A DNA stretch of 64,000 bases, taken from Candidatus Latescibacterota bacterium. GTDB taxonomy: Bacteria > Latescibacterota > UBA2968 > UBA8231. Shown in pieces: positions 39,996-50,170 of this stretch (its first letter is position 1; each line of letters opens with the position of its first letter). The translations under genes and the position numbers were made by a program. The notes under the pieces are model-generated. The model saw only the letters and a program-made list of their open reading frames with translations. It did not search any database and was not told the DNA's origin. The stretch spans positions 768,001-832,000 of the forward strand of contig CBDFJF010000001.1 of NCBI GenBank assembly GCA_965248265.1. The letters are read 5' to 3'.

Positions 39996-41714
39996 ATGAA
40001 GGAACAATCAAAGACAGTCGCCGTTGAGGTGGAAGACCCGAACACGCGGCGTCCCTGGGACGATTCCGACCTGGTCACTGACTGGTCGGCGTTCCCTGAG
40101 GGCTACGGCATCCTGCTCAACGAGCGCTTGATATTCCCGGAAGACCTGTGCCTGTGGCGCATGAAGATCGACACGACGCGTCAGCTCTTCATCGATGACC
40201 ATCTCATCGCCCACCAGCGTGATCTGAAGCGGGAGTTTCACAGCCCCCAGGACCACCCGGGCAATCCTGTTTTGACTCATCTACGCGGCGATGGACTCAG
40301 CAGCGCCTACGGTCTGTACGTCTGCCCGGATGAGGAGCACGGCTATCGCATGTACTACGGCGGGCCCGGCCGATTCATCTGCGTGGCGTTTTCCTCGGAC
40401 GGTGTTCACTGGGACAGACCTGATCTGGGGATCTACGATCACTCGGCCGAGCCGGATCGCTGGGCCGGAGGCCCCAACAACGTGGTGGCGCAGAAAACGC
40501 TGTGGGGGCTGCTGCACGAACCGAACGATCCGGACCCGTCCCGGCAATGGAAGCTCATCTCGACGGCAGTGGAGCCGACGATAGTCACCTGGCCCTACGC
40601 CGCGGCGCCGGTCAGCAAACGCCCCGCGTGGCGAGGCGGCCCGAAAACGCCGCCGCCCCCTGAGCCGCCCAAGCCGGTGACGGGCACGCTCCAGGACCTC
40701 TATGTCTCGCCCGATGGGTTCCGATGGACTCACGAGACTGCCATTTGCCTGCATCGGGGTCCCAGCAGCTTTCAAGCGCCTTACCAGCGCCCCACCGGCA
40801 TCAGCGACATGATGAAAATCCGGTGGGACCCGAAGTTGAACAAGTACATCGCCAACACCAAGCACACCATCGGTCCCGACTTGCGCATGTCGCCCGTGCT
40901 GGACAATAACGCTCGCGTAGTGGCCGTGTGTGAAAGTGACGACCTGATCCACTGGTCCAGCCCGCGAATCTATGCCTATCCGGACGGCGAAGACGCGAAG
41001 ATGCCCGGGATGTACGGCATCTACGAGGCGGACGGCTTCCCCTACGAGAGCATGTGGTTGAACTATTTCTCCATGTCGTGGTACCACCCCGCCAGCGAGG
41101 AAGACATCCTCGAGCACAGGCTCATGCCGACGCGGCCCTACCTCAAACGCAACCGGATTCGCCTGGCCGGCAGCCGTGACGGGCGGCACTGGTACTACCT
41201 GGGGGATCGCCGTCCGTTCATCGATATGGGCCCCGAGGGCAGTTGGAACGCCCATTATCTACGCATGGCCAATCTGGTCACCGTGGGTGGACCGCTGTTG
41301 AAGGACGATCAACTCTGGTTCTACTACTTGGGCTCAAACAGTGACGGGCCCAAAGACAGCTGGCAACAGATGACCGGCCTGGCGATTCTTCGCCGCGACG
41401 GCTTCGCCTCGCTCAACGCCGGTGACGAGTCGGGCGTCGTGATCACACGGCCGCTGGTCTTCGAGGGTGAAGGCAGGCTGTTCGTGAACGCAGATGTGGC
41501 CACGAACGGACATCTCCGCGCCTCGGTCGTGGCTGAAGACGGCAGTGCCATCGACGGCTTCGGCGAAGAGGACTGTTCGCCGATCTGCGCGGACTCGACG
41601 CGCAGCCGCGTCGGCTGGGGCAGGAACGAAACACTGGCCAGCCTGAAGGATCGGTACGTCCGGCTGACCTTTCATCTGCACCGTGCCAAGCTCTATTCGT
41701 TCTGGATCGAATGA
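39996..41714 (+). CDS. GH32/43-like beta-propeller + beta-sandwich protein, paralogue A1
   Basis: RQLFIDD, SSDGVHWDRP, ESDDLIHWS, SRDGRHW, LRRDGFASL, KLYSFWIE. Confidence 0.8.
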   Translation: MKEQSKTVAVEVEDPNTRRPWDDSDLVTDWSAFPEGYGILLNERLIFPEDLCLWRMKIDTTRQLFIDDHLIAHQRDLKREFHSPQDHPGNPVLTHLRGDGLSSAYGLYVCPDEEHGYRMYYGGPGRFICVAFSSDGVHWDRPDLGIYDHSAEPDRWAGGPNNVVAQKTLWGLLHEPNDPDPSRQWKLISTAVEPTIVTWPYAAAPVSKRPAWRGGPKTPPPPEPPKPVTGTLQDLYVSPDGFRWTHETAICLHRGPSSFQAPYQRPTGISDMMKIRWDPKLNKYIANTKHTIGPDLRMSPVLDNNARVVAVCESDDLIHWSSPRIYAYPDGEDAKMPGMYGIYEADGFPYESMWLNYFSMSWYHPASEEDILEHRLMPTRPYLKRNRIRLAGSRDGRHWYYLGDRRPFIDMGPEGSWNAHYLRMANLVTVGGPLLKDDQLWFYYLGSNSDGPKDSWQQMTGLAILRRDGFASLNAGDESGVVITRPLVFEGEGRLFVNADVATNGHLRASVVAEDGSAIDGFGEEDCSPICADSTRSRVGWGRNETLASLKDRYVRLTFHLHRAKLYSFWIE

Positions 41715-41763
41715 GGATGATAAGACCGATTTTCGACGTACCATGGACACAGGAGACCAACCG

Positions 41764-43425
41764 ATGGCCCAGACGAAGACCGTTGCGGTGAAGGTGGAAG
41801 CCCAACGCCCCTGGGACGAATCCGACCTGGTCACGGACTGGTCGGCATTCCCTGAGTGTTACGGCATCCTGCTCAACGAGCGGCTGATGTTTCCGGAGGA
41901 TTTGTGCCTGTGGCGGATGAAGATCGACACGACGCGCCAGCTCTTTGTCGATGACTATCTCATCGCCCACCAGCGCGACCTGAAGCGGGAGTTCCACAGC
42001 CCCGTGGACCATCCCGCCAACCCGCTCATGACCAATTGCATACCGGGGCACGTCGGCCCGGACGGGGAGGACGGCTACCGCCTCTACTACGGAGCGGGCG
42101 GCACGCGCGTGGCCTTCTCCAGGGACGGTGTGCACTGGCACAAGCCCGATCTCGGACTCTGCGAACGTCCCGCCCACGCCCCGTCCGAAGAGCCGAACAA
42201 CCTGATCGACATCAGTGGCATCTTCGGCCTGTTCCACGAACCGGACGACCCCGATGGATCGCAGCGCTGGAAGGCGATCAGCGGCCCCCGCACCCAAGTC
42301 ACGTGGCCATACGCCTTCATCCCCGTACGACGGCGCCCCGCATGGCGCGGTGGTCCCAAAACCCCTCCACCGCCCGAGCCGCCTAAGCCGGTGCGTGCCA
42401 GTCTTCACGACCTCTACGTCTCGCCCGACGGACTCCGATGGACCCGCAAGTCCGCCACCTCGCTGCCGAAAGGTCCGGCCGGCTTTCATGCGCCCTATGT
42501 GCGACCGACGGGGATCGGCGACGTGCTGCAAGTCAGGTGGGACCCGAAGTTGGACAAGTACATCGCCAACACCAAGCACACCATTGGACCCGATCTGCGC
42601 ATGACGCCTGTGGTCCATGTGGCGCGGGTGATGGCCATGTGTGAAAGCGACGACCTGGTGCACTGGTCCGGCCCGCGGATCTATGCCTGTCCGGACGGCG
42701 AAGACGCGAAGATGCCTGGAATGCTCGGCATCTACGAGGCGGACGGCTTCCCCTACGAGAGCATGTGGCTGAATCACTTCTCGATGTCGTGGAACCATCC
42801 GGCAAGCGCGCAAGAGATGAGGAAGCGGAACCTCATGCCCACCCGGCCCTATCTCAAGCGCAACCGCATTCGCCTGGCCGGCGGCCGGGACGGCCGGCAC
42901 TGGTATTATCTCGGTGACCGCCGGCCCTTCATCGACCTCGGCGCTGAAGACAGTTGGAAACCACACTATTTGCGCATCATCAACCGGCATACCGTGGGAG
43001 GGCCGGTGTTGAAGGGGGACGAGTTGTGGTTCTATTACCGGGGCAGCAACACGGACGGCCCGAAGACCGATTGGGTTTATTCGATGGGCGTGGCGATCCT
43101 TCGCCGCGACGGCTTTGCTTCGCTCAACGCCGGCGACGAGTCCGGCATCGCGATCACCCGGCCGCTGGTCTTCGAAGGAGAAGGAAAGCTCTTCGTGAAC
43201 GCCGACGTGGCCGCCCACGGGCAGGTCCGGGCTTCGGTCATGGCTGAAGACGGCAGCACCATCGAGGGTTTCGGAAAGGATGACTGCCAAGCGGTCTGCG
43301 TTGATTCGACGCGCAACCGCATCGGCTGGAGCGGCAGTGAGACACTCGCCATGTTGAAAGATCGGTACGTCCGCTTGGCGTTCCATCTGACGAATGCGAA
43401 GCTGTACTCGTTCTGGATCGAGTAG
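41764..43425 (+). CDS. GH32/43-like beta-propeller protein, paralogue A2
   Basis: Near-identical blocks to A1; AGGAG RBS. Confidence 0.8.
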   Translation: MAQTKTVAVKVEAQRPWDESDLVTDWSAFPECYGILLNERLMFPEDLCLWRMKIDTTRQLFVDDYLIAHQRDLKREFHSPVDHPANPLMTNCIPGHVGPDGEDGYRLYYGAGGTRVAFSRDGVHWHKPDLGLCERPAHAPSEEPNNLIDISGIFGLFHEPDDPDGSQRWKAISGPRTQVTWPYAFIPVRRRPAWRGGPKTPPPPEPPKPVRASLHDLYVSPDGLRWTRKSATSLPKGPAGFHAPYVRPTGIGDVLQVRWDPKLDKYIANTKHTIGPDLRMTPVVHVARVMAMCESDDLVHWSGPRIYACPDGEDAKMPGMLGIYEADGFPYESMWLNHFSMSWNHPASAQEMRKRNLMPTRPYLKRNRIRLAGGRDGRHWYYLGDRRPFIDLGAEDSWKPHYLRIINRHTVGGPVLKGDELWFYYRGSNTDGPKTDWVYSMGVAILRRDGFASLNAGDESGIAITRPLVFEGEGKLFVNADVAAHGQVRASVMAEDGSTIEGFGKDDCQAVCVDSTRNRIGWSGSETLAMLKDRYVRLAFHLTNAKLYSFWIE

Positions 43426-43447
43426 GACGGCGGGGGACGCACATGAC

Positions 43448-44812
43448 ATGAAACGAGAAGCCGACCTGACGAAGAGCCAACTGTTCCTGGACGACCTCTG
43501 GATCGACGAGCAGCACAAGCTGACACGGCTGTGGTACCCGGTCGACATCTATCCCGAGCCCGTCCTCCGCGCCGAAAAGCCGTGGGAAGGGACGGGCGTC
43601 AGTGTCTCCGCAGTGATGAAGAGCGGCGCTCATTGGAAGATGTATTACAGCGCTCGCCACGCTGTACACGGCCGAGTGCGATGCGTGGCGGAGAGTGAGG
43701 ACGGCCTGCAGTGGGAGCGGCCGTCTCTCGGGCTGGTCGAGTTTGGCGGCAGCAAGCAGAACAACATCATCCCGTGCCGCGGGGGCACGATCTGCCACGA
43801 TCCGGAGGACGAGGAAGCACCGTTCAAGATGACCTACCTCGATCCGGGGGCCATCCGCGGCGCAATCAGCAAGGACGGGTACCACTGGACGGAACTGGAT
43901 CGGCCGCTGATCGGCAGACCGCCGGCCGGCGACGTCCAGTCGCTGTGGTTCAACAAGGTGGATGGCCGCTACATCATCATCCACAAAGTCGAGGCCGACC
44001 GCTCCCGTCGCACCCAATGGATCGCCGAGAGCGAGGACTTCCGCACTTTTTCTGATTCGCGGCCGATCATGAAGGCCGACCTGATCGATCCGCCCGACGT
44101 CGAATACTACAGGATGACGGGATTTGCCTATGCCGACCTGCACCTGGCACTGGCCGAGCGGTGCTTCAACTTGCCGGATCACATCGAGGTGTTATTGACT
44201 TGGAGCCACGACCGCAAGACGTGGCATCGCCCAATCCCCCGCGAACCATTCATCGCCCCCACCTACGACTGGAACCGGGGCGCCAGCCGGGTTGGCTCGT
44301 CGCCTCCGTATCAGGTGGGCAACCAGTTGTGGTTTCATTTCAATGGCAGGGGGGGCAGGTTACAGTCAGGTCATCATTACTATGTGAAAGCCGGGCCTCC
44401 GCGCCCAGGCGTCGTGGGCCTGGCGACGATCACGGTGGACCGGTTCGCGTCGATCACGGCGGGGTTCATGGAAGGGCAGCTCATCACCAAGCCTATGACC
44501 TGGCCCGGCGGTGACTTGCTGCTCAACGCCTCCACGACACGGCACTTCGACAGCCACCCCCTCGACGGCGGCGGCGCCATGCAGGTGGAAGTGTGGGACG
44601 AGTCGGGCCAACCCGTCGAGGGCTTCGCCGGCGACACCGCTGCCGCGTTCGACCGCAACGTCCCGTCGCGAGGGACGGTAGAGCCCGCGGCGGTGCGCTG
44701 GCCCGGCGACCGGAGTCTCGACGAGCTGGCGGGACGACGCGTCCGACTGAATTTTCTGATGCGCGATGCACACCTGTTCAGTTTTCGCAGCAGCGGTACT
44801 CGAGTGGCATGA
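43448..44812 (+). CDS. GH32/43-like beta-propeller protein, paralogue B1
   Basis: DLTKSQLFLDD, ESEDGLQWERP, TVDRFASI, HLFSFRSSG. Confidence 0.8.
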   Translation: MKREADLTKSQLFLDDLWIDEQHKLTRLWYPVDIYPEPVLRAEKPWEGTGVSVSAVMKSGAHWKMYYSARHAVHGRVRCVAESEDGLQWERPSLGLVEFGGSKQNNIIPCRGGTICHDPEDEEAPFKMTYLDPGAIRGAISKDGYHWTELDRPLIGRPPAGDVQSLWFNKVDGRYIIIHKVEADRSRRTQWIAESEDFRTFSDSRPIMKADLIDPPDVEYYRMTGFAYADLHLALAERCFNLPDHIEVLLTWSHDRKTWHRPIPREPFIAPTYDWNRGASRVGSSPPYQVGNQLWFHFNGRGGRLQSGHHYYVKAGPPRPGVVGLATITVDRFASITAGFMEGQLITKPMTWPGGDLLLNASTTRHFDSHPLDGGGAMQVEVWDESGQPVEGFAGDTAAAFDRNVPSRGTVEPAAVRWPGDRSLDELAGRRVRLNFLMRDAHLFSFRSSGTRVA

Positions 44813-44835
44813 ACCGAGGCCGCGCCTTTTCTTCC

Positions 44836-45648
44836 TCACTTCCTCTTCCCGTTTTTGCGGTCGATTTCATCGAGCATCTCCCCCATCTCCTGGGTTGAAA
44901 GTCGCTCTTTCGTCGCCGTTCTTTCGAGATACTCCCGTGTCTTGTCGTTGAGAACACCATAAAATGCCCGGACTTCAGGATCCGGCTGATCGCGCCAGAG
45001 GTCTGTCGGTATCAAGGAATCGTTGCTCAAGAATTCCCGGTGCCGATGCCCGTAGTAGATTTGAACCGTTTTTCGCTCATTCGGGGTCACACGCACCGTC
45101 GCTGTATGCAGGAGGGAGACATTGAAGAGGATTGCTGTGCCCGCTTCACCGTGCAAGTCGTGGATACCACCGCGCGCAAGCTGCGCCTCTTTGTCGAGAA
45201 TCTCCTGATCTATTGATTCCGGCGAGATGGAAAAGCAGTGCGTTGTCTCGTCAACATTGGTCAGATACAGCATCAACTGAATGTAGTCGGTCCTCAGTGG
45301 ATGCTCCAACCAGTGTGGCCGATCGCGATGCCAACCTCGATCTGGCTCCCCATCGTAAGGTTCCATGTGCCGAATGCTGATCTCCGAAAAACAGATGTCA
45401 CCGCCCATTAAAACGTGTAAGCGTGCCATCACCTTCGGGTGCCGAATAATACGGTCAAACTCAGGCGAACTGACGAGGGCATCGCAGTTTACCGCTTGAT
45501 GACGCCCATATTTATACCAGTAATCTGCGGTTGCGGACCGATCTCGATCGTAAATTCCGACGAAATAGTCCAGCTCTCCGTTCGTCAGAATATTACCCAG
45601 CGAAACGTAGCCGTGCTCTTGAAAGAATTGATAATCCTCTTTTCTCAT
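44836..45648 (-). CDS. PhyH-family dioxygenase
   Basis: FFQEHGYV, WHRD, LLHTA..ERKTVQIYYG; related to 16472..17224. Confidence 0.88.
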   Translation of the reverse strand: MRKEDYQFFQEHGYVSLGNILTNGELDYFVGIYDRDRSATADYWYKYGRHQAVNCDALVSSPEFDRIIRHPKVMARLHVLMGGDICFSEISIRHMEPYDGEPDRGWHRDRPHWLEHPLRTDYIQLMLYLTNVDETTHCFSISPESIDQEILDKEAQLARGGIHDLHGEAGTAILFNVSLLHTATVRVTPNERKTVQIYYGHRHREFLSNDSLIPTDLWRDQPDPEVRAFYGVLNDKTREYLERTATKERLSTQEMGEMLDEIDRKNGKRK

Positions 45649-45678
45649 TATCCTGTCCGTTGCGAGATCCAGAGCCCG

Positions 45679-47220
45679 CTAGGCGAAGCCGACGCTGAAG
45701 AGCTGGGCACAGCGCATTTCGAAACACAAAATGAGGGGTCCCTCCTCAGCATGTCCCAGATCCGGCTGGCCTTTCCAGGTGAGCGTACGCTCCAGATGAT
45801 CCCCCGAAACCCAGTCGCTCTCGGCGAACGTTCGTCCCGGCAGAGGTTGGTTGTCGGGGCCCAACACCTGGGCCCGTACCGAGCCGGCTTGTGCCGTCTT
45901 GCAGTTGACGACGGCGTGGCGTGCCTTGATCTTGAGCGGCTGGAGGAAGAAGCGCCCTTCCACCGGCGCCTCCAAGGCCACGAGCCGTCCTTTCGGCCAC
46001 CAGGCCCATCCAATCGCGCCCATGGGTGGCCGGCGCGGATGCTTGTGCGGCACGGGCGAGGTGTACAGCGGGATGCCCATGCGCTGATCGGGCAACTCGA
46101 CCATCCCCAATCCCGGAGCCACGACCCCACCATCCTCATCCCCCGGCTCGCCCGGAGCACACACGGGACCGCCGGGCACCCGGTGCCAGATCAGATTGTC
46201 CGGACTGGTCCACAAGTGAAAGTCGAAGCTGTCGTCCTTGATGCTCCAGCGCATGGGGAACATGACGTGGTAGTCGACGGTGCCGGGCATCTTTGTCTTG
46301 CCATTGGAATACCACAGCTCGAAGGGCTCCATGGCGGGATCCGGCCACAGCACCTCCTCGGACAACGGGAAACAGCGGAACTCGTCGGCGATGATGCGGC
46401 CGATCGTGCGACGGCGGAAGTACCAGTTGCGGCAGTACGCTACGTACTTGTCCAGCACCGGGTCATATTCGCATACGTTGTGCGTATCGCTGACCTGGGC
46501 GACCAGCGGCTCGGACAGGGCGGACCAGTGCAGCCCGTCGGGAGAGACCGCCCCGAACAACCCCAGCCACTCGGGACGGTGCGCATTGTTCGGGTCCACC
46601 GCGTCGGGCCGTGCGCGCAGATAGTCGGCATGCATCGTCTCAGTCAGATGCCCCTGGTGGATCATCTTGTAGCGCGAGTCGGGCGGGGCTGATGGGTCTT
46701 TGAACACGCAGCATCCGTGGTAGCCCGTCCCGGGCGTGGTCTCGGGCCCCCCGTAGACGACATTGTTGTCTTTGCGGCCATAACGCTCGACGAGCCCCAG
46801 CGCAGGAAAGGTCCACTCCTCCCCGTCGTCGGATTCAGCGTAGCGCGCGTAGTTGAAGTTGCCCGGGTTGCCACCCTCCTGGTCTATGTGCTCGACGGGT
46901 ACGCACTCGAACCAAAGCCGGTAGCGGCCTTCGTCCTTGAGGACGGAGGCGTTGCTCAGGAAGCGCTCATCTACCTGTCTGTGGGTGAGCACGGGGCCGG
47001 ACTTGCGGGCGGGCTGGGCCCGCAGGTGTACGCCCACGGGCAAAAACGAGGGCTCGTAACGGAGGGAGGGCAACTCATCGGTGGTCCACAGGGGGAATTT
47101 ACTGCCGTCCTCCGCCCGCCAGCCGACGCGGCCGTGCTGCACATAGCGCCAGTCGTGGAAGTAGACGATGCCCGAAGGTAGTTCAAAGGGCCGGGGCTGA
47201 TTGCGATAGGGGGAATTCAT
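45679..47220 (-). CDS. GH32/43-like beta-propeller protein
   Basis: YAESDDGEEWTFP, FKDPSAPPDSRYK, SPDGLHW, SDTHN, QLFSVGF. Confidence 0.75.
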   Translation of the reverse strand: MNSPYRNQPRPFELPSGIVYFHDWRYVQHGRVGWRAEDGSKFPLWTTDELPSLRYEPSFLPVGVHLRAQPARKSGPVLTHRQVDERFLSNASVLKDEGRYRLWFECVPVEHIDQEGGNPGNFNYARYAESDDGEEWTFPALGLVERYGRKDNNVVYGGPETTPGTGYHGCCVFKDPSAPPDSRYKMIHQGHLTETMHADYLRARPDAVDPNNAHRPEWLGLFGAVSPDGLHWSALSEPLVAQVSDTHNVCEYDPVLDKYVAYCRNWYFRRRTIGRIIADEFRCFPLSEEVLWPDPAMEPFELWYSNGKTKMPGTVDYHVMFPMRWSIKDDSFDFHLWTSPDNLIWHRVPGGPVCAPGEPGDEDGGVVAPGLGMVELPDQRMGIPLYTSPVPHKHPRRPPMGAIGWAWWPKGRLVALEAPVEGRFFLQPLKIKARHAVVNCKTAQAGSVRAQVLGPDNQPLPGRTFAESDWVSGDHLERTLTWKGQPDLGHAEEGPLILCFEMRCAQLFSVGFA

Positions 47221-48059
47221 ACGTGCGGAGTTAGTGCCGCGGGCATACCCTCAGTACTGCGGTAACCACCACCTGCCGTAATCGGCCAGCACGGGCCACC
47301 CTTGAACTCGAAACCGTCTCCGTGTCCGCACAGCCACAAAAACAGGCGCGCCACGTGGATCGAGTCGTACCATTTTTCGCCCACCCCGACATCCGGCCTG
47401 AACTTGACCTGCATGACGTCGAGATCCGGATCCACCACCCAGTCGCGCTGCGGCGCGGCCGTGCGCCAGTATTGGTACTTGAGCAGGTTGCGGATGCCGC
47501 TGGCGGTGGCGCTGATCGCGCGGTGCCAGATCGAGTAGTGGGTGATGAAAATCGACCCGGCCGGCGCCGCCGTACGCACCCCCTGGCGGATGGTGCCGTA
47601 GTGGGTCATGAACCGGCGCTTGATGCGCAGGAGATGCGAGCTGGGTACTAACTCGGTCGGTCCCATCTCTTTCGGTGTGTCCTGCGGATAGTAGAAGACC
47701 TGCAAAACGTCGAGCGGCACCGAATCGATCGCCCCGCCGTCTCGGTGCCAGCCGCCGGTCAGCGACCGCGGGCATTCGACCCGATGGTTGCTCATCATCT
47801 TCGGCAGTTTGAACTTCTGGCCCAGCAGCGACCGCACGGCGCCGGCTGCCTGCGGGTTCTTGATGACAGACTCGACGAACCAATCCTCGTCCAGGATCTC
47901 GACCGGCTCGGAGGACGAGTGCTTGTCGAGAAAGCTCAAAGTGCGGCGGTTGATTTCGTCGGGCACCACGGCTTCGAGGATCAGGAACCCATTCTGACAA
48001 AACTCGATCACCTGTTGATCCGTCAGCGTTGGGCTGCAATCATACGTTTCGTCAATCAC
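47217..48059 (-). CDS. PhyH-family dioxygenase
   Basis: FCQNGFLIL, WHRDG, MGPTELVPSSH, IWHRA..RNLLKY. Confidence 0.88.
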   Translation of the reverse strand: MIDETYDCSPTLTDQQVIEFCQNGFLILEAVVPDEINRRTLSFLDKHSSSEPVEILDEDWFVESVIKNPQAAGAVRSLLGQKFKLPKMMSNHRVECPRSLTGGWHRDGGAIDSVPLDVLQVFYYPQDTPKEMGPTELVPSSHLLRIKRRFMTHYGTIRQGVRTAAPAGSIFITHYSIWHRAISATASGIRNLLKYQYWRTAAPQRDWVVDPDLDVMQVKFRPDVGVGEKWYDSIHVARLFLWLCGHGDGFEFKGGPCWPITAGGGYRSTEGMPAALTPHV

Positions 48060-48069
48060 CGCTCAGGCC

Positions 48070-48435
48070 TCACTTTTCCAGGATGAACTCGCACCCGAGC
48101 CCATAGGTGGTTTCCTCACCTGCCATCATCAGCGCCATCTCGGGGAACTTGACGATGCGCCAGCCGTCGAGCATTGCTTCGTGCACGGTCTGGTATGGCC
48201 AGTCATCTGGATGGTCGGGACCGTCGTGCACGCCGTCGGCGTCTACGAGGGACATGCCGCTGATTCGGGATGTGACCAATGTGCTTTCGGCCTGAAGGTA
48301 GAGCAGCCGCTGAGGTGTTTGACTGTTCGCACTTTCCAGAGCCTGCAACAGATCCTGCTCGCTCAGTTCGCCGGCGCGAAACTTATCCAGACACTGATGC
48401 AATTGTCGCTTCACTGGCTCCATGGCGTCATCCAC
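48070..48435 (-). CDS. Small hypothetical protein immediately upstream of PhyH
   Basis: WPYQTVHEAMLDGWRIVKFP..GCEFILEK; 10-bp gap to the PhyH gene. Confidence 0.75.
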   Translation of the reverse strand: MDDAMEPVKRQLHQCLDKFRAGELSEQDLLQALESANSQTPQRLLYLQAESTLVTSRISGMSLVDADGVHDGPDHPDDWPYQTVHEAMLDGWRIVKFPEMALMMAGEETTYGLGCEFILEK

Positions 48436-48470
48436 CTACTCGGTATGGCAATCAAAATTCAAAATCGCGA

Positions 48471-50120
48471 TTATTCGATCCAGAACGAATACAGCTTGGC
48501 GTTCCTGAGATGCAACGACAGGCGCACATACCGATCTTTCAGCTCGGCCAGTGTCTCGTTGCGGCTCCAGCCGACGTAGCTGCGGGTGGAATCCGCGCAG
48601 ATCGCCTGGCAGTCATCCTCACCAAAGCCGTCGATGGCGCTGCCGTCCTCGGCCATCACCGAGGCGCGCACGTAACCATTCGTGGCAACGTCTGCGTTCA
48701 CGAAGAGTTTGCCCTCGCCTTCAAAGACCAGGGGCCGGGTGATCACGACGCCCGCCTCGTCGCCGGCGTTGAGTGAGGCGAAGCCGTCGCGACGAAGGAT
48801 GGCCACGCCCGTCGACTGGACCCAAAGGGTCTTGAGACCGTCGGTATCACCGCCCCGGTAGTAGAACCACAGCTCGTCGTTCTTCAACACCGGTCCGCCA
48901 ACGGTGTGCAGGTTGACCATGCGCAGGTAGTGAGACTTCCAGCTGTCCTCCGATCCCAGGTCGATGAAGGGTCGGCGCTCGCCTAGGTAGTAGAAGTGCC
49001 GCCCGTCCCGACTGCCGGCCAGACGAATCCAATTCCGCTTGATGTAGGGTCGGGTCGGCATCAAGTCGCGCTTGCGGCTCTCTTCCCTGCTGACCGGAAT
49101 GTACCACGACATCGAAAAGCAATTCAGCCACATGCTCTCGTAGGGGAAGCCGCTCGCCTCGTAGATGCCGTACATCCCGGGCATCTTCGCGTCCTCACCG
49201 TCGGGGCAAGCGTACAGGCGCGGACTGGACCAGTGGATCAGGTCGTCACTCTCGCACATCGACACCGCCCGCGCGACATGGAAGACCGGCGACATCCGCA
49301 AATCGGGGCCGATGATGCGCTTGGTGTTGGCGATGTACTTGTGCAGCTTCGGGTCCCAGCGGACGCGCAGCATGCTGGTGCCCGTCGGCCGCTCGTAGGG
49401 TGCATGAAAGCCAATCTGCCCCCCTCCAGGCAGCGACGTCGTGCACTTGCGCGTCCATCGGATTCCGTCGGGCGAGATGTAGAGATCGTGAAGGCTGCCC
49501 CGCACCGGTGGCGGCGGATCGGGTTGTGGAGGAGGTTTCAAACCGAGCCACGGCGGACGCCTTGATGCGGGTATGACAGCGTACGGCCAGATCACCTCCG
49601 TGCCAGAGCCGCCGATCGCCTTCCATCGCTGGCGTTCATCGGGATCGTCCGGTTCGTAGAACACACCCAGCCCACCGATGGCGATGACATTGTTCGGCTC
49701 GTCGGCCGGCGCGTCCGCCGGGCGATCGCAGACATCGAGATTGGGTTTCTCCCAGTGCACGCCGTCGCTGGAGAAAGCTACACGGCTGCCGTGCGCGCCA
49801 TAATACAGGCGATAACCGTGCTCCTCGTCCGGGCCGACGAAATTCGCTGCGGCGCCAGTCATGAGCGGGTTGGCCGGATGGTCCTGAGGACTGTGGAACT
49901 CGCGCTTCAGGCCGAGCCGGTGCGCGACAAGGTAGTCATCCACGAAAAGCTGGCGCGTGGTGTCGATCTTCATCCGCCAGAGGCATAGGTCCTCCGGAAA
50001 AATCAGCCGCTCGTTGAGCAGGATCCCGTAGCCCTCGGGAAACGCCGACCAGTCTGTGACCAGGTCCGATTCGTCCCACGGGCGCTTGACGACGCGTTCA
50101 TCGACCTCCACCTTGGCCAT
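48471..50120 (-). CDS. GH32/43-like beta-propeller protein, paralogue A3
   Basis: RPWDESDLVTDWSAFPEGYGILLNERLIFPEDLCLWRMKIDTTRQLF shared with A1/A2; GAGGAG RBS. Confidence 0.8.
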   Translation of the reverse strand: MAKVEVDERVVKRPWDESDLVTDWSAFPEGYGILLNERLIFPEDLCLWRMKIDTTRQLFVDDYLVAHRLGLKREFHSPQDHPANPLMTGAAANFVGPDEEHGYRLYYGAHGSRVAFSSDGVHWEKPNLDVCDRPADAPADEPNNVIAIGGLGVFYEPDDPDERQRWKAIGGSGTEVIWPYAVIPASRRPPWLGLKPPPQPDPPPPVRGSLHDLYISPDGIRWTRKCTTSLPGGGQIGFHAPYERPTGTSMLRVRWDPKLHKYIANTKRIIGPDLRMSPVFHVARAVSMCESDDLIHWSSPRLYACPDGEDAKMPGMYGIYEASGFPYESMWLNCFSMSWYIPVSREESRKRDLMPTRPYIKRNWIRLAGSRDGRHFYYLGERRPFIDLGSEDSWKSHYLRMVNLHTVGGPVLKNDELWFYYRGGDTDGLKTLWVQSTGVAILRRDGFASLNAGDEAGVVITRPLVFEGEGKLFVNADVATNGYVRASVMAEDGSAIDGFGEDDCQAICADSTRSYVGWSRNETLAELKDRYVRLSLHLRNAKLYSFWIE

Positions 50121-50170
50121 TACGCGGTCTCCTCTAGTTGAATGCGAGCATATCATAATACACTAAAACG

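Noticed and set aside
41443-43548. Long antisense ORFs (e.g. 701 aa here, 886..2457, 52889..54130, 61022..62302)
   Set aside because: Shadow frames of GC-rich genes on the opposite strand; no motifs.
39996-50120. Diversity-generating retroelement or shufflon behind the A paralogues
   Set aside because: No reverse transcriptase or invertase; differences are not visibly adenine-specific and all copies are full ORFs.
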